A stretch of 60,048 nucleotides of DNA, counting the filler, from Globobulimina sp. (lineage: Eukaryota), in assembly GCA_003354225.1 (NCBI GenBank). It is 11 parts of 11 records of this genome, joined end to end, with 100 filler letters (N's around TTAATTAATTAA, not from the genome) between each part and the next. Parts side by side here need not be neighbours in the genome. Positions count along the whole stretch, not along the records: positions 1 to 5,381 come from PIVH01000606.1; positions 5,482 to 10,861 come from PIVH01000607.1; positions 10,962 to 16,337 come from PIVH01000608.1; 8 more parts are not named here. One strand, given 5' to 3'. Of the stretch, positions 1 to 12,205 are shown in pieces. The translations under genes and the position numbers were made by a program. The notes below the pieces were generated by a model that was not told where the DNA came from, searched no databases, and worked only from the letters and a program-made list of their open reading frames with translations. The first letter of the stretch is position 1, and each line of letters begins with the position of its first letter.

Positions 1-393
1 CTAAAAGAGCCAATCAAGCACATACAAACAGAGGAAGTCTGGATACAAAGTTCAGGGCCAAAATATGAAATCAAAGTAGTTCTAACAGACAAACAAGTTA
101 CCAATCAAGGGATGCATTGTCCGGATCCAGAACCTGTGGAAAAAGATATGGCTGTTACGCAGCAAAAAATAGTTTTACCCGGTCCTGATAAAGCTGTATT
201 AATAAACAACCCATTGAATGACATCAGTGTATCTGGAATATATATATTATGTAAAAAGACTGCACATGGATGGTGGAGGACAGTGGGTGTATTTAATCAA
301 CCTTTAAGTCATCAACTGATTCTTGATTGGGATGATTCTGATCCTGGAACTCCAACCATTGAATCAAGTGATTCATATATTCATTTTAATTGA
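1..393 (+). CDS. Hypothetical protein, 5'-partial
   Basis: Frame 1 is open from base 1 to TGA at 391-393; no recognisable motif. Confidence 0.5.
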   Translation, partial: LKEPIKHIQTEEVWIQSSGPKYEIKVVLTDKQVTNQGMHCPDPEPVEKDMAVTQQKIVLPGPDKAVLINNPLNDISVSGIYILCKKTAHGWWRTVGVFNQPLSHQLILDWDDSDPGTPTIESSDSYIHFN

Positions 394-404
394 TATACTT
401 AATA

Positions 405-2925
405 CTACTTAGACATTTTCCTCAATCTTGCACAGTAATATTGACAAAACAAACAAGTCAATACTAAAATAAATGTGGCAATATGCCAAGGAGTCCGTAA
501 ATAGGAGCCATCAACGACCACAATGGCATCATCTGAGATCTGTTTGCTCCACATTTTGCCACCATCGATAGTGTAACAAACGCGGTATATCGCAATTCCA
601 TAATAATTCCAAACTAAATCACCTGTTGTTTGAGAATATTTGTCAATCGGAATTGATATTTGTGGTAATCTGCAATCACTCCGTTCTTCGTCGTCCAATA
701 TAAATCCGATTCGAATTAAATTACTATCGCCGTGAATTGGTGGGTATACTGTCCAGATTGTATCGATATTACTTAATACATTGCGAGGTTGAATATTTTG
801 AATAATATTATCATTCCAATTTGATGCCCTTTTAATCGCAATAAAATATCTTTGCTTATTAATCCGATTTGGCGCTGTAATATTAAATGAAATTAATGTT
901 TGTTCAACAATATGATGTGAATGAATTGGTATTTTATAATTATTTTCAAACTTAATTTCATTCGCATCTATAAAAACATTCATTGTTGCTTTGGGCTCAA
1001 ACGTTTTATATTTGATTTGTATATCTTTCAGGGAATGGTCTGAGTATATAATATTATTACAAATATGTATGGAAACATTGCCATTTTGAAATGGATCGTA
1101 TAATTATACCTAATACACCTAAATAATGAAAAATATCAGGATGGAATGGTCGGTTTAATTCCACTCCAACTAATTTAATAAATTTTAGTTTAGCATTTGC
1201 TGCGCCTAAATCTGTAGAATATCCAGTAATGGTTAAATGTGGACTTATTTGTAAGGTCCAATGTTGACCATAATCGTCACTAAAACATATATCAAATGTA
1301 TCGAATGTTTGCAATGTAAATATTATTTTATTTTTATCCTTTTCAATATATTCATCCATCATAACAGTATTGCATCCATCCAACGATAAACCAACTTTCT
1401 TGCTCCAGCCATCGCCAATCAGTGTGCCATTCCCTCTCCCTTTCAACTCAAAAACTGTTCGCTTACCTTATCTCATAATAAGAATTTTTTACAACATGTT
1501 TCTGGATGAAAATAATATAGATTTATATATACCTAAAATAGACCAGGTCGGAATAATACCAGTTATGGCATGTCTCGATGTTGCCGTGATATCAACAATA
1601 GCATCGTTATTATCTTGTAACCAAAACGTATCTCCACCATCACCACTAAAGCATATCATTAATTTGCCTAAGTCGTCAAAATTAAATACAACAAACACTT
1701 TACTGCTCCGATACTGCAAATATGAAGGAGATAAAATTGATTTTGTATCACATATTTTCCTGGTAAACCCAACCAATTTATAAAAATTATCCCCTCGAAT
1801 ATGCGTATTTAAATGTAATAACGTCCTCTGATTAGCTACTACATAATTTGGATAAACTGATAATATCGCTAAATATATGTTTTTTTAATCCACCAATCTT
1901 CAGAAAAACAGATATCGTTTCTCAAACCTTCAGTGTTTCCGCGAGTACTTTGATAAATTGGTGAAGCACTTAATATTAGCGATGAATCTTCAGATGTCGT
2001 CTTTAATGGAGGCAGTGTAGAAGTTGCACAAGACACAGTATACCGCGTAGCCATTGATAGATTTCCTATTTTAATCACTAAAGTATGCCTTATATCTTCT
2101 CGTGGTGCATACATATCTGATCCTAAAATTGGTGGACTATAAAAACCAATCGAATATTCACCATAGTTCGTATCATCCAGTTTTGGATTGGTTAATGCCC
2201 AAAATTTAGCAAAATCTGTAAATGCATCAAAATCAATATGCTTTGCAGCAATGCAACGGATGAACTCATTCTTAATTACATTGACAGAGATATCTAATCG
2301 ATCAGGTGTTGCAAATAACAGTTTTGGTGGATGGTTGGCAATGAAACCTGCACCGGATATGGATAAAGTTATGGGTGCGTTTTGTGGTTGCATTGGTTCA
2401 ACGAATATAGAATTTGATGATGTGTCTTGTAATTCATCCAATGTACTCTGTATATATGTACATGGATTATGTATACGTATAATATTTAATTTGTTTTTCC
2501 GATGATATATGTACAAAACAAACAGTAGAGCCAGAGCACAATATATCCCATGTTGGGTTTACATTGGTTTGCAAATCTTTAAACCATATAATACGTTTTG
2601 TATTCCTCCCGACAGCGTTTGCATCTTTAACATATATTGGAGAGACAACATTTGTTTGCCTGATTATTTCATTTGGTGAATATGTCCAAAAATTCTTTAT
2701 TAAAATTGTTTTGTTTGGATTTGAATAGAGCAGCCATGCAATGCATCTTGTAATTGTATCTGGAGATGTTATAATTTCTACAGCAAATGATTTAGATGTT
2801 GCGTATTTTGCTGTACTTTCAAAATATGCACTCATTGATCCATTTGCAAATATTACAATGTTAGATGTGGAGGCCAAACACCATAGATTTATTACGCAAG
2901 ATAACAGTATGCGTGACAACGCCAT
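405..2925 (-). pseudogene. Disrupted secreted/type-I membrane protein with BNR/Asp-box-like repeats
   Basis: Signal-like N-terminus MALSRILLSCVINLWCLA; Asp-box-like motifs CFSGDGGDTFW, CFSDDYGQHW, CYTIDGGKMWS; C-terminal TM (IATFILVLTCLF). One plausible GT-AG intron (~2449-2514), but also a frameshift at the homopolymer near 1880-1886, two in-frame TAA near 1468-1491 and another frame change near 1100. Confidence 0.55.
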
Positions 2926-3044
2926 GTTTGAGGTGAGAAGTTGCTGTTTTTTATTATATCATTTTCTTGACATTTCTTGTGTTTTAACTTTAACTAAGCA
3001 GAGGGTGACAAACTGTGTATCATTCGCGTTGACATTCAAAATGC

Positions 3045-3711
3045 TCATTTGCAAGCATAAGATAAAATGCTTAGACTATCATTCTTTCGATACAAAAATA
3101 CAACAATAGAATATCCATACTTTGTTTCTTCGACAATGAATGCTTTTTGTGGCTTTGTAAATGCTGTACCAAATAACAATGATTTATCACTCATATCCAA
3201 AATAACATCGACTATATCATGAGTTTTAAATTCTTTTCCAAATTCTACATCTTGTCCACCAGGACCTCGTTTGTGACCAGTATAGGAATTATATGCATAA
3301 TGTAAAGTATCTTTGTTACCGCCAGAAAAATTGGCATCAACCCATTTATGATTTGCCTCATCAATCCCGATCATACATGCTCCTTCAAATAAACATTCAA
3401 TTTTTATCCTCCAATGATGTACTCGCTCGTCCTTGTAATCCACCACTATCGATCCATAGCAAGATCTGCCTTTATTCGAATCTGACTTAAGAAGACATCT
3501 GTTATCATCGCTTATAGTAAACGACTGTTTGTCATAGAATTTAAAGCATTCCACATCACGATAATAAGCCATTATCACATAAGCAATCAAATCCGGAATA
3601 ACAATATGATGCTCTATTCGCAATAAGAATTGCGACTCTCTGACAAATCCGAAGATTAAACACTTGACTGCCACGTCTTGCTGCTTTAAACGTTGTAAAT
3701 CAACTGCCATC
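3045..3711 (-). CDS. B30.2/SPRY-like domain protein with N-terminal GFVR...IP...YY motif
   Basis: HHWRIKIE, CMIGID, YAYNSYTG, FKTHDIVDVILDM and LLFG are SPRY-type strands; probable start MAVDLQ at 3711. Confidence 0.75.
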
Positions 3712-3759
3712 AGAAAAAGTAGATAAATATATAAACAGCTCAAATTTTCAGTTTCCACA

Positions 3760-5381
3760 ATGACTATGTCACTTAATACATTACCGCATATACCATTAAA
3801 TACCACTCGATATTCACCTGATCATTCCTCCATATCCTCTGATTCTTCAAAACCAACATTAACCACAACGAGTAACACATACTCCACATCAACATCCGAG
3901 GCGACGAATATTCCATCAACATATCACTCTCAACAAACAGATACTTATCAAACAAACATTAAAATCGTTAATCCATCACAACAACAGCAACCGCAACAGC
4001 AACAACAACAGTCACCATACACCAATGTGACTGCTTACAATGAATGCGATATTGATCCATTTGGTTTTCGTGATTCGTTTGCAGTGAGTATACTTTTTAA
4101 ATCTGTTTTTATTTATATGTCACACTATTTGTTTGCCATATTATTATATATTAAATATGAAAAAGGACGCATCGTTTTCCTCATTGTATGGCAACATCAA
4201 TGTTCATAACAGAGGGAATCTAGAATTCGATGACCACACAAATGAGAATAACACAAATCCATTCGGTACAAATAGTAACAATCCATTTTCATCCGATAAC
4301 AATATAAATAATAACATAAATATTAACAACACGAATAAGAACAACAATAATAACAATAACAATAATAACAATAACAACAACAACACCTCAAACGACAATT
4401 GTTTTTATTCTCCATTTGCCACTGCCACAAATACTGCAAATGCTGCAAATGCTACAAATGCTACAGGTATTACACAATTATCCTATCCATGCCATGCAGA
4501 GAAACGTCGCAAAATCGCAAAAACTACAATTAAACCACATCCTTTTTCATGTATACAGCATTTCACACAAATTATATGAATAATATGTTTCAAGCGCAGC
4601 AAACCACTCTGACAGCACCGCCGCCGTATTCTTTTATTCACAGCAACAGCAACAACAATTGCAATAACCGCAACACCAACAACAACCCCAACAATAATAA
4701 CAATAATTATTCCTGTACCACTATGGCATATAATAATATATCTAATAACAACATATCCGATCCGAGCATCGTATCTTTTGCGCCTGGCAGACCACGCCCG
4801 GGTGCTTCCTCTCGAATATGTTGTATTACATCAGCCAACAATTCAAATTGCAATAACACCAACAATATCAATATTAACCACAACCAGTATGTACTCTCAG
4901 TCTCTCACTCTCAGTACTCTGTCCATGTTATACAACCACACTAACATAATCAAACTAGTCGCAGGTTTACCGGCATCCAATATCAAACACCGAGCAACAA
5001 TCCAATAAGTCACAGTAACTTTAGTTCCTTACCGAACCTATGCAATAACAGATCGTTGACAGTCACCGTGGCGCCGCCACCGCCAACATCCACCGCTATA
5101 ATAACCCCCGCCACCTCTGTGCCACCCCCTGCTCCGGGCGAGTATGTGTACAATGCGGCTGGAGATATCATTGGCTATTTAGAGAATGCCACCAATATCG
5201 TACAGACCAATGGCGGGCAATGCAATGTAATGCGCCCCTTATTGCTACCCTCCATTGACAAAGACGAGCCTGTCAATACTATGAACACTATGAATAGTAT
5301 GAATACTGCGATACCGCCGCCTGTGACCTTGAATGTGATTAATAATAATAGAGATTGCAATTTTACCGTGATGGAGATAGG
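3760..5381 (+). CDS. Low-complexity Asn/Gln/Pro-rich protein, multi-exon, 3'-partial
   Basis: ORF pieces join in phase through GT-AG introns ~4084-4165, ~4467-4558 and 4887-4958 (the last with a CACTAAC branch point); poly-N/poly-Q tracts. Confidence 0.6.
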
Positions 5382-5481
5382 NNNNNNNNNNNNNNNNNNN
5401 NNNNNNNNNNNNNNNNNNNNNNNNNTTAATTAATTAANNNNNNNNNNNNNNNNNNNNNNNNNNNNNNNNNNNNNNNNNNNN
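5382..5481. other. Artificial contig linker
   Basis: N44-TTAATTAATTAA-N44 (stops in all six frames). Confidence 0.99.
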
Positions 5482-6327
5482 TCCTCTTCCTCTTCCTCAT
5501 CGCTATCATTACGTTTCTTTTTTTTACGTTTCTTTTTTTTGTGTTTCTTTCTTTTTTTCTTATCTTTTTTCTTATCTTTTTTCTTTTTCTTCTTTTTTTT
5601 ATTTTTGTCTTTTTTTGGTTTCGGTCCACCATATTCACACAATGCGTTTCCTTTACTTTTTAAATCTAATTTCAAGTCAAATACTTTGCCAATAATGATT
5701 TTAAATATTTTTTTAACATTTATAGATTGCCGCGACGAACAAAATATTAATGGCGCATTCATTTTGACTGCATATTTTCGCGATTGTTGGATCATATCAT
5801 TTTGGTATAAATCGTCTTCCTCTTCAAATAAATCAAGTTTTGTCCCAATTAAAAACGGCATAAAGGTCTGTTTAATTATGAATACACGATAAAAAATTCA
5901 AAAATTATAATTTAAATAGAAATATACGGCATAGACAAACACTGTTTTCCTTCTTTGCCTCTTTGTACCATTTCTTGACGGAGTATAATGAGGATTTCTG
6001 CGTTAAATCAAAGACAAATAATATAACTTTGGCGTCGTTGCATATCAATGGCATTAAGGTAACAAATTGTTGCTCGCCGCCTAAGTCCCATATTGAGATG
6101 GCGACATTGGCGTTTTTTAATGCTACAATTTTTTCCATGAAATTCACGCCTAATGTTTCCAGATAGCCATCTTCGTATTGGTCTTTAATGTACTTTACCA
6201 TTAAAGTGGTTTTTCCCACACTGGGATCGCCCAACATTCCTACTTTTATTATTACGTTTACTTTGACGTTTTCCTCCTTGAATTCTTTCGAAATATGCTT
6301 GACGCCTTGTTTCGACTCTTCTGCCAT
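5482..6327 (-). CDS. spg1: Spg1/Tem1-family small GTPase (septation initiation/mitotic exit type), 3'-partial
   Basis: GDPSVGKT P-loop, ETLGVNFMEK switch I, IWDLGG, LIGTKLD, IFCSS. Intron 5868-5940 (GTTTGT...CAG) joins ENS to TFMPFLIG. Poly-Lys then acidic tail. Confidence 0.85.
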
Positions 6328-6391
6328 TGAGTAATGAAGTACTTTCAGTTGGGTGTTGATGCAAGTTATTGTTAAAGTTTTTTTGCTTAGA

Positions 6392-7123
6392 ATGTCATCC
6401 GTATACACAGTGCTCCCCATTAACTTATCAGATTTAAACACCGCATTTAAATTATCCGATTGGATAAAGAATTTACCACATTATCATCAATACAATTACT
6501 ACCTTGACAATAAAACTTCTAAGTCTCCAATAGAAGTGAATGAGTCTGACTTGATTGTATCGCAACAAATATCTTGGATTTTCTATGAAAATTATGTAAC
6601 TGGATGCTGCATAAATGCGAGAGATAAATTCTCTGAAAACGAATATCAATCTCTTATTGATTGCTATAAAAACGATTTCCTTACATCGCATGAAATGGTA
6701 TCATATATTTGGCGAATGATTCATAAATCACAAATATATTATCAAGATAACAAACATAATCCAACACAAATAGCTGATAAAAATTGGATATGTGATACTT
6801 ATCATATATTCATCATGCAAATTGCTGAAATATTACCACGTATTAAAGTCAATCTTGATTTACAAAACAGTGTAACACCAACACTCTCTCAATCCCTCAC
6901 TCCCTTACAACATGAATATGATTTGATAAGTTGTATTGAAGAAAATGAATCAGTGCAAGTATGTTAAAATTATATGATATCAAATTTAATTTCTCAAATT
7001 ATCTGATCATTATAATATTTATATTCACATAGACAAAAAATGCGAAGACTGATTGTAAAACTGGTAGTTTCCCAGAAACGTTTGAGCATAGAATCGATGA
7101 TCCAGTGGTACAAATTAAATGAC
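6392..7123 (+). CDS. Hypothetical protein
   Basis: ~190-codon ORF from MSSVYT; likely GTATGT...ATAG intron (~6959-7032) and a short last exon; no motif recognised. Confidence 0.45.
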
Positions 7124-7486
7124 GGTTTTTTTGTTGATAATTTTATTATTTTAGTTTAATATAACAATCCATTGTTAATTTGTATATCATTTTCGATAGT
7201 TGTCTTTTTTTTGTTTTAGTTTATTTTTTTGAATGTTGCAACATGCAAAAGTAAACATACAAATCCGTGTAATTTTGTGTATACCAAATATGAACAGGAA
7301 TTTTTAGTTATTTTCCCTTTGTTTTTTCTTAGACTCGGTATACATAAATAATAAATTTACAAGGATTTGTATGTTTATTCCAGCATGTTGCTAATTGTTA
7401 TGATTGCTTTAGTTTCACTCCACATCGCGATAAAAAAATATAATCGTGCCGTGTCTTCCAAAACTTAAGTCACTAATCATCCAACA

Positions 7487-9365
7487 ATGGGCGCCGATAT
7501 TTCAGTACCAGAACCTGACCAAACCAAAGTTAAACACAACGAGAAAACACCACAAACCAAACGCAAAGTTACCCCGCCAATATCAAAAACCTATGATAAC
7601 TCAATAAACAACACACAGCAAAAAGATAACCCAAAAACAACCGATAATAAACCCAACAAAGCGCCAGATATCGTAGAAAAAAAGCAGGCAAATGTCGTGA
7701 AACCAACAAATAACAGACCGTTTTCCCAGGAGGTCTTAATTGAGCGTTGTTATGGATGTCTAATTGGAGCAGCCATTGGTGACTCAATTGGTTCATTTTG
7801 TGAATTTCGCTCCAATGCGATTGAGAAAGATGAGTTAGATGAAGCCATGCAAATGCCAGGGGGCGGCACCTGGGGCGGCAAGGTCATCACAGGACAGGTG
7901 ACTGACGACACGGAGTTAGCAGTGTCTTTAGCATATGGTTTGATGGCAATTATTGGCAAAGCTCAGCAAATGCGCCGGTTAAAAACTGATCAAAATGTTG
8001 CTAAAAACGAACAGATATTAACAACAAATGACAGTAAAAGTAATATTGATATTGATTGTGATGACGCAGAGACGAAAGAAAATAAAGAAACACATATATT
8101 TAATTTATGTCCGATCGGGATTGAATATAGAAGATGGTTAGATTCGCGGCCATTTGATATAGGCATTTGTACCAGACATACATTGAGAGCGTCTCCCGGT
8201 ATTTCTGAAATGAAAGAATGCGCGTTTGATTATAATAAAAAACAAACGAAGGGCAATGAAGCAAATGGCGCCATGATGCGTTGTATGCCGTTATGTTTAT
8301 ATGGATATCGTTTGGAAGATAAAGATAATTTGTCCAAATTAATGAAGGAAGACGCATCGTTAACTGTATGTATTTACTATTTAATATATATATGATATAT
8401 GTTCCCGTTTTCGTTTTAGTCAAAAAAAAATGAATTTTTGGTCAACAATGGAATAATTTGAAAAACGTAGATTTTAGTCAAAAAAAAATGAATTTTTGGT
8501 CAACAATGGAATAATTTGAAAAACGTAGATCAAATATCCAAACATATATAATGTGCTTAGATTTATTTAAATGCATTTTGGTTTAATAGATTTAAAATAT
8601 CAAGGAAATGTATTCCAAATCTAAGCATTTTATTTGGATGTTATCTTATGTGTTATTTCGATGCAAAATTGATGTTATTTCACCGGAAATTAAAATGCAT
8701 CGATCTTTTAGATGAAAATTAATGCAATTTTGTCAAAAACCATTTTAAATTTCAAAAATATTTAGCATGCGAATAGCATGGTATATTTATCGAATACGTG
8801 CTATGCAATAATGATTCAATATTTATTAAAAGCAGAACCATGTAATGACAAAAGGAATGTTCAAGCCTTTGATGAAGTATTTGAATATTTAGAGACTGTC
8901 ACACAAACAATTGATGAAAACAGTGCAGAATGTAAAGCAGCACAATTATTATTGGATGATTGGTTGACACCATTTCTTAACTCAAAGACAGTGAGTACAG
9001 GGGATTATAGTTTGAGTGATTTAGAAGCCGCCACGGGCAGTCAGGGTTGGGTAAAAATTGCATTTCAAAGATGTTGTTATCATTTGCTACGAGGAAATAG
9101 CTATTCAGAAGCGATAAGATCTGTGGTTGGTGAGGGTGGTGACAGTGATACAAATGCGTGCATTGTTGGGGGCGTAATGGGCGCGTATTGGGGAATAAAT
9201 GGTATACCAAAGCAATATGTTGAAAATATTAAAAATTGCTCACCCATACGGGATAATGCTAGAGATAAATTTCAAGCAAAATGGTATTTTAAAGATAAAA
9301 TTGTCGAATTATTAATTCAAAATGCACCTTCGGATGAGTCCTTAAAGTTTGTTGAAAAATATTGA
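7487..9365 (+). CDS. ADP-ribosylglycohydrolase (DraG/ARH family)
   Basis: GAAIGDSIG, GQVTDDTE, NGAMMR, SLT|H across intron 8366-8765, GDSDTNA metal-binding motifs. Confidence 0.92.
8414..8530 (+). repeat. Perfect 58-bp tandem duplication inside the ARH intron
   Basis: ttttagtcaaaaaaaaatgaatttttggtcaacaatggaataatttgaaaaacgtaga occurs twice in tandem (8414, 8472). Confidence 0.95.
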
Positions 9366-9541
9366 TATTTAATTTTAATATGTCATCACTTTTTCACTTC
9401 TTAATTTTACTATTATTTGATGCAATGGAAAGTTTGTGTTTCATCAAATATATGTTAGTAAAATCTACAGCGAAATCGTTAAAGACAATGGCAATTCACT
9501 CGTGAGGAAACTAAGAACGTAAATTGATATATTTATCAATC

Positions 9542-10651
9542 ATGGCACAGTCCAATGAGTTTGTATGGGAGATCAAAGGTGATGAATGGAATAATTGGCA
9601 AAATTCTAAAACAAATGACCATTTTGAAAGCAAAGATTTTGAATTACATGATGTTGCATGGTCTATACATTGCTATCCTAATGGTACACAGGACAGACAT
9701 GATTTTTTATTGGGTTTGAAATGTAAATCAAAGCAAGGAAATGGCATTGCCATCAATTATCGATTCATATGTGATCAATTACCTGAGGCAGTATTGATAA
9801 TGACAGGTCAATTTACAGAAGCTGCAAAATTTAAATCTGGTAAACTGTGTGATACGTATGAATTGTGTGATTTTGATGAAATTACAATTAGGGTAATTAT
9901 AACAATTATAGACTATGAAAGCAAAAAGGACGAATTTATTTGGACTATCACATCAGATGGCTTTGATGGTGGTAGTATTAAAGGTCCAAGTTTTAAATCA
10001 TCAGATGATGCCCAATGGCGAATATATTGTGGTTGTGATCTAAAATCTGAAAGTCCGCATTTCAAGGTTGGTTTGCAGTTAGTGGAGCATTCTGATGATG
10101 TTCAAGTAATACCGGTTGAATATATTATTGAATTCGTGGAATTAGACATAAAATGTAATCGATAATATCCCTTCTGTTATAGACATTTACATTCATTTTC
10201 CTTATGTGATTTTTCTGAAATGAAGAATTTGGAAAAATGGACAATTAAATGCAAAATCAAGCAATTAACAGAAAAGAAGAATATTAATGCATCAAATTCT
10301 GCATTGAGTTGGCAAATATCAGGTAATTTATTGCAGCGATTTAAAAGAGCGGGATCAAGAGACTCATTTATTAGTCCACAATTTACCAATCATGGTATAT
10401 TCTGGTATTTATTGATTAAACCACATGGACATGATGTTGGTAAAGGATATGTTGGCATGTCACTGATTGGTGTAACGATAATACCATCTGAGGGTTGTGA
10501 TGATGAAGATGAGGATGGTGCAGCTGATGATTACGACACCGATCAAAAAACCACAGTACTCTCTGGCAGTCACACCACTGATTCTCACCAATCTAAACGA
10601 GACTATGACAATCAACGCGCAAATGAAGACTATGACGTACCAGACAAATGA
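9542..10651 (+). pseudogene. Tandem MATH/TRAF-like domain protein with in-frame stop and aberrant 3' end
   Basis: Three repeats of FVWEI...FESKDF...WSIHCYPNG / FIWTI...GPSF...WRIYC / LSWQI...FISPQF...WYLLIKPHG; in-frame TAA at 10163-10165; third repeat breaks into acidic unrelated sequence near 10490. Confidence 0.65.
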
Positions 10652-10653
10652 AG

Positions 10654-10861
10654 ATTTGATATAGGCATTTGTACCAGACATACGTTGAGAGCGTCTCCCG
10701 GTATTTCTGAAATGAAAGAATGCGCATTTGATTATAATAAAAAGCAAACAAAGGGCAATGAAGCAAATGGCGCCATGATGCGTTGTATGCCGTTATGTTT
10801 ATATGGATATCGTTTGGAAGATAAAGATAATTTGTCCAAATTAATGAAGGAAGACGCATCG
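10654..10861 (+). repeat. 208-bp near-identical copy of ARH exon 1 segment (8152-8359)
   Basis: Direct comparison shows 4 substitutions; the copy runs to the contig end. Confidence 0.95.
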
Positions 10862-10961
10862 NNNNNNNNNNNNNNNNNNNNNNNNNNNNNNNNNNNNNNN
10901 NNNNNTTAATTAATTAANNNNNNNNNNNNNNNNNNNNNNNNNNNNNNNNNNNNNNNNNNNN
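10862..10961. other. Artificial contig linker
   Basis: N44-TTAATTAATTAA-N44. Confidence 0.99.
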
Positions 10962-12205
10962 GATATTGATAGGGAATAACGAGGATACTGATGGCATATT
11001 TGATGTTTTTATCTGTAATTGTCGAGGAGTGAAAGCATTTGGATGTACGAAAAGTATCCAAAGCTCCAATCATTCATTAAATATAATGACTATGTTTTTA
11101 GTAACCAATCAAACAAAAATTGAAGAAATGATCGAACAGCATTGTGGTAATAAAATATTTGTATTTATGAACAGATTGATATCAATGTGCTGTGATATTC
11201 CATTATTAATAAGAATGTTGGAATTTTGTTGGTTTTATCTGAATAAATTAATTGATGACAATGATGATTTAAATAAAATGGATGAATTATTGGCGCTATG
11301 TAAAACAACACAGAATTTATTTAACTATTTTTTCTATTTTAATGGAAAAGGATATGGAGTTTGTGATAAAATATTGAAACTATGGGGCGGTTTTCTACAG
11401 ATTGAAGCGAATGAGTATCCATTTAAGGTATTTATGTGTATATACATGCTATATAGAAAACGTTTTGTTTCTGAATTTATTTTGTCCTCATTTCATTTGT
11501 AGCGTATATACATACAAAATATAAATAATTTATATGACTCTGTTGTTGTTACTTTATAAGGCTTTAATAAGTGTTAATTGTCATATATGTACGTTGCAAT
11601 CATTAGAAATATTTGAGATTAAGAATGGACCGATTTTATTTAATTTATTGATGGAGAAAACAAAAGCATATGCAAATAATAACAATATTGGCACTGTATT
11701 GATTGATTTGGCACAAAATAAATTTTGTAAGATATTAATGAATTTGTCGCTGCATTGGAAGGGCTCGGAAATGGAGTTTAGTGTAGGAAGAATTGCAAAT
11801 ATTATTGAAGGGTTAAAATATTTAATTTGTTTGAATCATAATGCATTAAATACGCAGTTATTTGGCTTATTAGCATTTGAGGATAAGAATTATCCATTGT
11901 TTTTTTATTCTGTTTGTAAACTAATAAATGAATGGAAATATTTTGACACTGAAGATATTAAACATTTGTTCATTATCTTAGATTTAGCCAATAATAATAA
12001 TAAATGGAAGAGAATAATTCATAAAAATAGTAATGATCCAAATATTAATAATAATAATAATGATAAAAAAGCAGTTATTCTGTCGTTATTTAAGACGTTT
12101 TATGAAATAATTAAAAAATCTGAAGATATTGAAGAGAGAGCTGAAGCCGCCAAAATATTTATAAAAGTAAAAGATAAAATGATAACACAAACTGCAAGGA
12201 ATTAA
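10962..12205 (+). CDS. Hypothetical helical protein, 5'-partial, two exons
   Basis: ORFs 10966-11502 and 11534-12205 join in phase 0 via GTATTT...TAAG intron 11428-11560. Confidence 0.55.

Noticed and set aside
4942-4944. In-frame TAA in a Gln/His-rich context suggesting TAA=Gln recoding
   Set aside because: It lies in a phase-compatible GTATGT...CACTAAC...TAG intron (4887-4958); long ORFs lack internal TAA and many end in TAA.
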